Shown here in pieces: positions 53,190 through 64,000 of a stretch of DNA of 64,000 nt. The notes below the pieces were generated by a model. The model searched no databases, had not been told where the DNA came from, and worked only from the letters and a program-made list of their open reading frames with translations. The position numbers were made by a program, and so were the translations under genes. The stretch comes from Azolla caroliniana (taxonomy: Eukaryota; Plantae; Polypodiophyta): NCBI GenBank assembly GCA_043228905.1, contig JBHGNT010000015.1, forward strand, positions 2,294,001 to 2,358,000, given 5' to 3'. Each line of letters begins with the position of its first letter. Position 1 is the first letter of the stretch.

Positions 53190-53403
<214 letters not shown>

Positions 53404-55699
53404 AGAGGAAAGGAGAGAAGAGAAGAGAGACAAAGATAGATAAGAGAAAATGAAGTACTCAAGGTGTATATTAACAAGGAGAATATTTAGTACAAAAATG
53501 TAGCATTACCAAGAGCAACAACCGACACTATATGAAGGTGTTTTATATAAGGTCGCCCTCTCTCATCATTAACTTACTACAACACCTACTTTCTCTCTAT
53601 AACTTTGGGGAATGTGAAGACTCATTAGTCATGGGGAATATTGAACTCATTAGTTATGTGTGATAGAATATGATTCTATGACACATAGTTAATGTGCAGA
53701 GAGTAGTGGTGACTTTTGACCTTTGAGTGCTCATAGATTCTCAAAGGGTGTGTTCACACACTAGACTAGGTTGAGCTTGATTCTCAACAGAAAGAATTTG
53801 CTAAAGTAGGCTAACCATTTACCTAAGTTCAGACCCGATGATCACCAAGTAGATAAGGTTGCCAATAATTTGTTGATATTATGGTTCATGGACAATGAAG
53901 TAGGAGTTAATATGCATCTTATGGTTCCATTTGAGTGGACTTGCAATCAACATGAAGGATTTAAAATGCAATTACTTTAGGAAAGAGAAATCCCACAAGT
54001 TGTGTTCAAAGACAAGATTCTCAACAATCAAGTGGAGATGGCGAGGTCGAATTTGATTATTGAAGATGATGAAGAATTACTAAAATATATTGGAGGAGAT
54101 ATCCTTCGTTAATGTATTATAGCCATTGGAAGAACTTGGCTATTTAACTAGTCATAAAGTCAATTCTTGTTCCTAGGGTACATATACCAAAGAGAATTGA
54201 ATTACTAAAAGAAAAAGAAGCTCACAAGCTCTCCCAAAAATGTCAAAACCCAAAATGATCAAACCTCAAAATAAGTCATCAACGCCTCCCTCTTCCTTTT
54301 TCTAATGGGAGATAGGAATCATCAACTTATCTATTTCAGCTCAACCAATTTGGCTTGGACAAAGCCAAACCAGTTTAGGAATTTTTAGACTTGAACCAAA
54401 CCTATCCCTAAATAAATTAAGCCTAAATTGGTTTCGAAACTGATTTGGCGGGGCTCAAACCGATTAAGGAAGCTCAAGCCTAAACTAAGCCAAATCAAAC
54501 AGCCCAACCATCAAACCGTTTAAAAATAAGTGACCCTGGTTGAGTTGAGCTATTGGTAACTCTTAATGAGAAGAAAGGTCCACCCAATGTAATAAATGCA
54601 CACTTACCCCTTTTCATGAAAATATATAAAAAAGAAGGGTAGATTATCACACATGCATGTGCCAAGGTTCAAACCGTATATATTTTCCCACACAATCAAT
54701 ACCCTTAACTATTAAGCAATTAACTAATTTTATTATTTGCATATTTGCATATGTACATGATTTTTTGTGGTTGTCCCTTAACCCTACCCCCCCTCTTTTC
54801 TCCCTTTTTTTTACTCAAGGACCCACCACATCATGACAATGAGAGCTTTCTATTTGTCTGAAAAAACTTTACATGCATATCTTAGGGGAGCTTCTCCTTT
54901 GAGTGAAAAAAAAGGCTACATGCATATATCCTATGTGAGCTTCCAATTTGTGTAAAAGAAAAGCTATGATCAATAAACAAAGCTAATAGATCTACCTTTA
55001 CATGTGACATTTCTATTTTTATTTCATTGACGGTTGATTATCCTATTGGTTACTACAAAGCCTCATAAAAGTAAAAATGTATTCAAATCTTGTGCTCCAC
55101 AAAATACATCTCTTTGGATTGATTGGAGCTTTATTTATTTTTGCAATTTATTTCCACTATATAGGTGATTTCACATTGTGGGCTAAAATCATCATGACTC
55201 TGGGGATCAATTTATGACTAAATTAAAGTACCAACGCCAACCAGCCCCACTTTCTTCACTTTCTCTTAAAAGGGAAGAAACAAGTTTTCTAGTTTTGGAT
55301 TTTTTCATCATAAATTCTTAAATGATGGAATCATCATGGGAGTGACTAGGTGGTATAGTATCAAAGACTTGGAAGCAAGGGGTCAAATCTATCATTCCAC
55401 CAAATTTCTAACTAGTAATCCCCGAGATCCTTGGTTGAGGTGTGATGAGTTCCTATAATTTGCTCTTTGTAACAAAATGATAATGAGCTCTTTTGCTCAT
55501 TATATAGCATGTGTGGAGTATCCCCTCTTTTTAACATGTAGCTTTGCTTTTCCTTTTCGACATATGATTGTCCTTATCCTTATACTTGCATGGATGATAC
55601 TTGTAACCTAGACTAAAACTTGACCTTTTTAGCTTTTCTCTCTTTACACACAATGCATGACCAGAATAACATTCATTGGAGGAATTTCATAATTCATTG

Positions 55700-56215
55700 A
55701 AGTATTCCCCACCAATGTCAAACCAAAGACACGTTGATCACTTTCTCAAGAGGATTGATGAGTTTTTGGAAGTGCGAGAACACTTCTCTCATTTCATACA
55801 TTGGGTGGGCCCACATGTGGTGGAAGTTCTCATTGCTTAAGGTAACACAATATTGATATTTGTAGAGTATCCTTGTCAATGCAAGAACACCTCTCATTTC
55901 ATACATTGGGTGGACCCACATTTGGTGAACGTTCTCATTGCTTAAGGTAACATAATATTGACATCTATAGAGTATCCAAGTGAATGGCTTCCCAAAGTTA
56001 ATTCTCTTGTAGGAATAGATGGTAGAGTGCTTCTGAATTGACACATTTTGCACATACTATTCACAGGATTTGTATTGAAAATTTAGAGACAGATGAATTC
56101 CCTTTATTGTATCATTCATAGCTTTTAATATCTGATGTGATCAATTCACTCGTGCCACAATTTGTTCTCTCATACGCTTGTGCCTTTTAATTGACCCAAT
56201 GAATTTCATGTTGCT
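55700..56215 (-). pseudogene. Very old Copia pre-integrase relic containing an approximately 107-bp tandem duplication
   Basis: Degenerate KLWHE*IDHI motif; duplicated block at about 55778-55977. Confidence 0.35.
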
Positions 56216-57540
56216 CTTGTTGAAGTGGTTGTAATGGAGTCTTCAACCTCCACTCCAAAATGGGAAGAATAAAATCCTCGAACACTCACATCCTCAAAAC
56301 TTACACATTGCTAACAATAAGGAAATGGTAAGGACCTCATACTTAACCAACACGTACTTAAGAAGAGGTAAGAAGAAGCAAAGCAATACACAAATGACTG
56401 AACTCTTGATTAATGGAATAGATAATACAATGGTTAGATAGTAAATTTGATCTCAAGAACTAAGCTTACTACTTAGGGTTCCTCTATCTCAACCATTAAA
56501 CAAACAAGCACAATAAAAAAGCCCTAAACTAAGGTTTATGGAGGAAAAGGTGGGAGACGATACACTGATGGTGAGCTTCATAAAGCAACGCCTTTTCTTA
56601 GCTACCTTCCTCTTACAAAGTGGCCCATACCTTACACTAAGTGACATCCTAATTTTATAATTGAAAGGTATGTTAAGTCTAAGTTGTACTTTTGCAAAAT
56701 ACCCTTCTTAGTATTTATATGATCCGCTAAGTATGTGGTCATGGATGCATGTCATAAGACAATACATCACATGACTTGCACCTTGTGGTAAGTCCACATA
56801 GTTGGCAAACACTATGTTAAGTATATCCTTAAGTTTACCTATATAACCCCAATACTTTTGTCAAACAAGGTATTAGGGCATCTTATACTTTGAAGATGGA
56901 GGATTCATTAATATAGAACTTCAATGCAAGTACACATGGATGTTATCATCAATCTAGTAATAATGGGAGAGAATGAGATGCCAAAGGCATTTCCCATTCA
57001 GTAAACCGATGGTGAACTTTAACACATATATACACCAATGAGTGTGTGTTCACACTCAAGGTGTGTCCTTGAGATTGTTTTCTTGATGTCTAGCAAACTC
57101 AATTTCAAAACATCTAGTATTGACTTTGTTTGATCTATATCACATGTTTTTCTTGCTTGTCATCCATCATAATAATTTTCTCATCTCAATAATGAAACAC
57201 ACATTGTTTTTTGATCGATCTTCACTAATGACTTTGTGCCACATTAGGTAGTCCCTCATTTTTTGGTGATCGGCAATAGATAGAACAAGTGAACTTTAAT
57301 CATTATATTAGATTTAACTCTTAAGTGTTTCTTTGGTCAAATTTAGTTTTCAAGTAGCCAATGAGATGAAGACATTGGGGTTGGATTTCATTTCCACTTG
57401 GCTTCCCTCTTAGCATCGCTCACCTATTGCACACATCCCAAACACGAGGTAGATCTATTCCATGTGCAATGCAACTCATACATAACATTCATCAACATAT
57501 AACATTCTTGCTAGAAATTATTATTCGTTCAACTTAGCAA

Positions 57541-57672
57541 CCCAATGGTGTCGGGGTGTTGTGTAACCAAGAGTCATTAGTTACTTAGGTACTTAGAATT
57601 CCATAACCCAATGGTGTTTTGGCATTGTGTAACTAAAAGTCATTAGTTACTTATGTACTTAGAATCCTATAA
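57541..57672. repeat. About 66-bp tandem duplication
   Basis: CCCAATGGTG...GTCATTAGTTACTTA.GTACTTAGAAT occurs twice. Confidence 0.85.
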
Positions 57673-60600
57673 CACACATATCTTGGTCTTTCATCCTTGG
57701 CTCTTAAATTACTAAGATTTATCTCCATTCACATTAATAGAATAAGATGAATTGGTTTACGTTGACATAGAAGAGGTACTTCTGCTATTATCCATGTATC
57801 TGACAATGCATGTATATTAAGATGAGATAAAAATTTGAAGAATTTGGTGATGAGTTGTTAATCCAAGAGAAAAGAAGTCATACAGCAAGACATTTCCATT
57901 GATTCCTTGCTTTTTACGCAAGGTGAAAGCTTTATGAACAGACACAAAGGGTGTCATGTTGAAATTATTAATGGACGACCAAAATGTGGAAAGTGAAAGC
58001 CAAATCTCAAAGATGTATGTAATAACAAAGGGTTCAAAATGTATATGTACAAAAAAGGTGTGCATCTCATGAAGTGGACCAAATTGGAGAAGGAGAAAAT
58101 ATGTAAGGTGTAACTTAATAACAAGAATATCTCAAAGGATTGATTTTTATATATATGTATATTTGTATTAAGTGTTATTTTACTGGAAAATATGTGTATG
58201 TGTATTGGAAATTTGAATAATGCGTGCTCCAATAGATATATTCAAAACTACATGTGTATGTGTGGTCAAAGTTATCTTCCAAATCACAACAATCTTGGAT
58301 AAGCTCCTTGATTAGGTTGAAAATGAGAAATGCCCCTAACACATTTAATGAGAATATTAAAACTTAGTTAATTACGGTTCTTATTAGAAAGCAAGGATGT
58401 GCCAAAATGTAAGTACATTTAATTTGCAAAAGTTTTGTGTCTAGAATGCAATTAGCATAATGATGCACTTAATTTACGTTAATGATGACTATATGATCAA
58501 GAGGAGTTCATATGTGATACTAAGCAGAATGATAATTTCATAAATAAGGTATATATAAAGATAATTTTAGAAATAAGGTTGTAAAGATAATTTGCTATTT
58601 TCTGTCTCGTTTTGTTGTAAATGATCATTTAGATCTCAAATTCGAATATTGTTTTATTTTATTTTATTTCGTACAAATGTAGGGGGAGGGGGGTACGATA
58701 ACTAAATTGTATCCTAAGTACTATGTTTTGCTCATCCACAGTTGTTTGGAAATATCTACCGTTTATGTTGATCTCGTTTGTCAAATTGCAATTGTTGCTT
58801 ATTTACTACTTGTAGTACCACGATCTGCACATGAGGTTCAAATATGTTATAATCTTTCGCTTGTTCATTTTCATATCTAAAATGTTAATCTTGTAGTTGT
58901 ATGCCATACTTTTGTGTTACCTACCGAATATGTTTTTTGCAAGTTACATGCTCATAACTCGTGTGTTAACTGCATTGCTTTGTTATCCATTGTGTTACCT
59001 CCAAAAATTGACTAGAAACACACCCTTATTGTAGTACATATCTGAAATGGTTTGCATTTGTGATATTTTGAAGCCCATCTTTACCCAAATGCTCATTGGT
59101 GCTATTTACTAATTAAGTAAACCCTTGTTTGTTTAGACAACGTCACTTAATAATTGTCCTGTATAGGTTGCCCATACTCATCACCATTGGCATTATGGTT
59201 TGGGACAAAGTTATAGTTATATGTTTGCTTTGAATGGATGAGACTTGTTTCCTCTTAATAACTACATCACCTATAAATCCTCAATAGTTGATACAGTGTG
59301 ATGATAATGAATTAAAGAACAATACGAACTCTAAGAGAAAGTAATGTGATGGATGTCCAATGAAATCATTTTACTCTTTCAAGATAAAAGATGATCTCAA
59401 TTCCTTATTATCTACATATGAGTCTTGTCACTCTACTCTAGGTGGGACATTTGAGTCTCTTATTTATGTACTCATTGTTCAAGCCTTAATGTAAAGTTGC
59501 GTTATTTTGGAAACTCTTATAGTTTGTACAATGTCCAATCATGCTTACTTTTACAATATAAACATGGGCACCTTCACTCTATGTTGGTGGGACAATGGGG
59601 TCTTCTATTAATTTCCAATGAACTTCTATTGGAACACCAAACCTTCTATATGAACATGGAGAAAAGTTCTACGCACGATTCCTCACACATATTTTTGATG
59701 CATTTCTCTTGTGGTATTGTATATTCCACTATCACCATATCTTATTTTGACATAATCATTATGCATTCCTAAACTACTCTCGTCGTATAGCTCCTCTTCA
59801 CAACCTTCCCATTACTACATTAAATGACACATAAATGATATGTTGGCATGATATGGGTTCAAATTTGCCACATAATATCACATCTTTATTCATTCATAAA
59901 TTGGAATGGTTCTTTAAATCATTCCACTCCATACATAAAGTAGGTGTCGGTGGTGTGGCACTCTTAATCTTACTTGACTATTGTTGGCGTCACGATATTT
60001 TTCTACATCCATTTTACTAGCCTAGTAATAATTGTTGGAATCTTCCCACATATAATTTCCAAGAATATTACATAGTCATCCCTACACTAGATGCCAAATT
60101 TGACTATACATAGAGTATGGCTCCATGAGTCCAACATAACTACATGCTCACTCCTCTAGACAATATCAACATAACCCTTCCTAATACGATGTGTCATATT
60201 AGGGCTGTTTATGACCTCACGGTTCCAAAAGTTGAATCTAGAAATCAACTTCACTTATCTCAACTCTCGTCCAATTGTCTATTTGAAATCATGCAAACTG
60301 TTTTTCACCATAGTGGTCATAGGCATTCATATTGGAACTAAAAAAAGATTTGTATACACAAGTTCCTCTTGTCATTTATCTCATCGTTTGTGCATGTAGT
60401 AAAGATAGCAACCAAGAAATTGCCATTTTGAATGGAGAATAGAAATAATTTTTAAAATCTACTAGTCAATTCATATATTTGGGTTCCTGTTGATGGTATT
60501 GGAAAGGCATACGAATATTATCGATCTAATTGTACTTGCAAGAAGGATGATAAAATGGCAATATCAATGTGACTAAAGTTCATCAATATATGCATTACTC

Positions 60601-63600
60601 TAACATGTTTATCGATTTATTTTTCCATCAAAATAGTAAGACAGGAATATATATATGTAAAGGAATTTATCTATGCTTGAACGAGAGAAGAACATATTTA
60701 ATGACAAAAATTATATATGTTGACAAAACAATGCGCACGACGTGCATATTTGAACAGAATCAATCTTCTAGCACTAAATATCCACGTTGTGCTACGACAA
60801 ATTAATTAACGTATCATGAATGTCTAAGTTTTCAATGAGGAAATACAATAAGCGCATTTAAACAAATGTCATTACATGTATTATTGTATATTCACATTGT
60901 TCAGTAAATCACACTCGATATACCAAAAAACATAGATAAACGTTTCACGACCAGTCAATGTTAACAACTTATATTTTATCACGCCGATGTTTCTTTTCAC
61001 TATATTGCTACATTCAAAGAGAAAAGAAGGCAAGTACATACGGGAAGAGGGACAATGGGCCAAGCTTTCTAGAGAAGAAAATTTGACCATAGTCATTGCA
61101 AACATAAGGGGAGGTTATGAGGTGATGAGGTTTGTCTTTGTCATGAATACGAGTAGTTATGAATGAGATATAAATCATGCGAGTAATGGCTTGGTATTTT
61201 CAACGTTAATCACTTGAAGCGTAGGTTTGTCGCAAGTAATACGCCTCAAAGACGTGTGTCGGGCCTAGTCTCTTCTCGTACAATTTGAGCCTCCTCCTTT
61301 TCAAACTTCTTAACACATGGTCATGGATGGATCATCATGAACCGATGATACTTTCGATTAAACATGCGTATTGTATTTACTAATCTTTTGTTTTGATCAA
61401 GTGTATACTACCATCGCTTACTTCCCTCCTCATTACATCTCTATCCTCAACAAACAACTCGATGGCACAACTAAAACTTTTCATCAACTTCGTAACCTCT
61501 TACCATTAAGACAAGCACATCTATGTTCCTTCATGACAAGGGCATCGATGATGCAATTAATATATATATATATATATATTCCTTTGACCATTCAATAGGT
61601 ATGGCCATAATAGATTTACTTCACACTACATCTTCGGAGTCTTTTTCCCACCATGCTGCACCCAATGTAGAGGGAGAAATTGTTTGCAAATGTCATGGAC
61701 AAATAGTGCATTCAGTCGGAGACATATGTTACCTCACAACAACTATCTTTCTTTTGTGAAGATTTCCTTGTACTAAAATCACTTGTCGTATTCAAAAACT
61801 TACCCCTAAACTTTCTAATCAAAGAAAATTTAATCCTTTACCTTCGTAAGTTTTCACACATGGCTATCTTCCAATACTTGCAGGCTAAAGTTAAATTATT
61901 CATTGCTAAGAAGAAAAAAATTTGAGGTCGTGGTTTGTCTATTGTTAGACAAAGCTTACAAGATTTAATGTTGCGACTAATCTTTGAGATTTAACATCCT
62001 TATGATTGGGAATCGATAACGTGTAGGGTGAGCTGTCCAAATCCGACGGTGTTCCAAATGGAATGAAAATGTGTAATGCGTTTTATTTTTTACTTTCTTT
62101 CCATGAGCAGGCTAATTGAAAAAAGGGAGTCCCAAGAAGAGAAATCATGTATACATTAAATTGAACTAAAATCCGTAGCTTCCCTACTTGCAATCTGTTT
62201 GTCGTATGTAACAAGATTTCACGTCGGCATCAAATATTTTGTAGGTAAAAGGATTTTATATTTCCCTTTATTATTGCCACCATGGGCTTTTCTTTCATTG
62301 GTATTGGGTTTGTGTGGAAAGTGTTGTAAAGAAGCCTTTTTTTCAAGAGCAAATAGATTACACTCTTTACTAGTGTTGATTTTATTTATTTATGGTTTCA
62401 ACCCTTGTGTTGTTTTCAACCAATAATAAGTTCATGGATCCGACCATCATACAACACCTTGCTATTTGATCTATGGATTAATACCCAATAATTGAAACGG
62501 AATTTAAACTCTTGCTGATTAATTATGGTGAGAGCCTGAGAGGTGATGATTGGTTACACCAGCCGATCCTACCATTCATATTTACTCGTACATAGTTGGT
62601 GCTTCACTTGTGCACATGCTCTTAAAACCAACATTGCATTTTAAAAAAATAAAAAATAAAAAATCGTCAATTATTTTTGTTCTTGTTGTGTTTGTTTGTA
62701 TTTTGAACCATTGAAATGAGTTTAGCTCTGATCCCTTTTTTGACCGACTACCCTCTCAAGGTTCCACGTGTAATATTTCAACCCAAAAAGCATTCACCTC
62801 ACGTGAATAGATTGCTCCATGATTTGTCACCACATCACATTTTCCTCCTTTTTCCACCTGTACGCAAACCAATTCCGAGAGGCCTACAATTTACTATTAC
62901 GATCCGGATATCCTGTGGTTAATTTGCATTTAGATTCAACGAAGCATATTCCCTTTATGGTAGGTTGTTTCCGGCAAATGTGGGTAGTTTAAGATCACGA
63001 CGAAGTGTATACACAAGGAATGAAATGGAGCACAAGCTTGGTATGTGGTGTATACACCACAAAAGAGGGAGTGGTTACGAGCAGGCGAAGAGGAGGTTCA
63101 TGAGTGGCATTTTGTAAGATCCCGGGTTATCATATCCCATTTCTTGTTTCATGGGCCAATTTTGGGTCTTAAAAGATGTTAACACATCTTTTATTTTATT
63201 TATTACTTTCGATGAATGGGTAAATACCCCATTTTCGTTGTAAACCAATTGTCTCATGGGGCCAATTTTGGTCTTAGAAGACATTAATATATCTTTCTTT
63301 CTCTCTCTCAAAGATAGAGGAGCCTCGATCAGCATAGGGGACATGCTGAAGTGTTGATTGGCTTCCAGAAAGGCGAAGGTGACAAAATGCTTTCGGTTAG
63401 GTAATGGCATTGTAGTCACTTGTATAGAGTCCAGACCAAAGAGAGGCCAACCAATGGAAGCATAAGCACGCAGACCATATATATATGTATATAATGTGTG
63501 CGTGTGTGCGTGTATGTGTGTGGGACACGGACGGACATATGGATGGATGGGGTCCTGAAACGCTTGGGTAACTTGTGGCTTCATGGATGGATGGTATCTA

Positions 63601-63635
63601 TGTACATAATGCTTGCCCATCCATGTGCCTCATAT

Positions 63636-64000
63636 ATGTATGTATAAGTATGTATGTATGGTATGGTATGGTATAGTGTGTAATTTGTATCGATACGTCA
63701 CATAGAAGATAAGATGGATTTCCATAATACATAATACATAATACATAATACATAATACATTATACATTATACAATACATATACATATACATATACATACA
63801 CATTAAACATTAAACATTATACATATACATATACATATACATACACATATCTACATATACATTTACCATATACTATATACATATACCATATACCATATAC
63901 CATATACCATATACATAATACATATACATAAATCATAATCATATACGTATACATAGTACATACATTATACATTATACATTATACATTATACATTATACAT
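63636..64000. repeat. Low-complexity simple repeats (TATG, TACATAA, TACATA, TACCATA, TACATTA)
   Basis: Seen directly. Confidence 0.95.

Noticed and set aside
54313-54565. Possible hAT-type MITE
   Set aside because: Inverted ends are too degenerate and no TSD is identifiable
59100-60600. Possible DNA transposase relic
   Set aside because: Only vague motif impressions on inconsistent strands; needs tblastn
63075-63620. 181-aa ORF as a host gene
   Set aside because: Runs through simple repeats and a local duplication; no recognisable domain or supported splice structure

Overview
This is eukaryotic (land-plant-type, probably non-seed plant) heterochromatic DNA, not prokaryotic. Bases 1-48228 form a nest of LTR retrotransposons up to four levels deep: several Ty1/Copia copies (tRNA-iMet PBS, 5-bp TSDs), an Athila/Tat-like Ty3/Gypsy, LINE 3' fragments and many solo LTRs. 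Bases 48229-64000 are AT-rich intergenic sequence with older TE relics and microsatellites; no host gene is supportable. The most striking element is a Gypsy family with LTR ends TGTCGTGAAGAT...ATCTTCACGACA and a tRNA-Trp PBS. (i) It makes 4-bp TSDs centred on CpG and has hit the same nucleotide in two separate LINE copies. (ii) It appears to express RT-RH-IN by a -1 frameshift (G_GAT_TTT plus a pseudoknot) placed after the protease. (iii) Its LTRs are modular, and many carry an antisense tRNA-like A/B-box cassette. All coordinates were read by eye; lineage names are inferred from motifs, not from searches.
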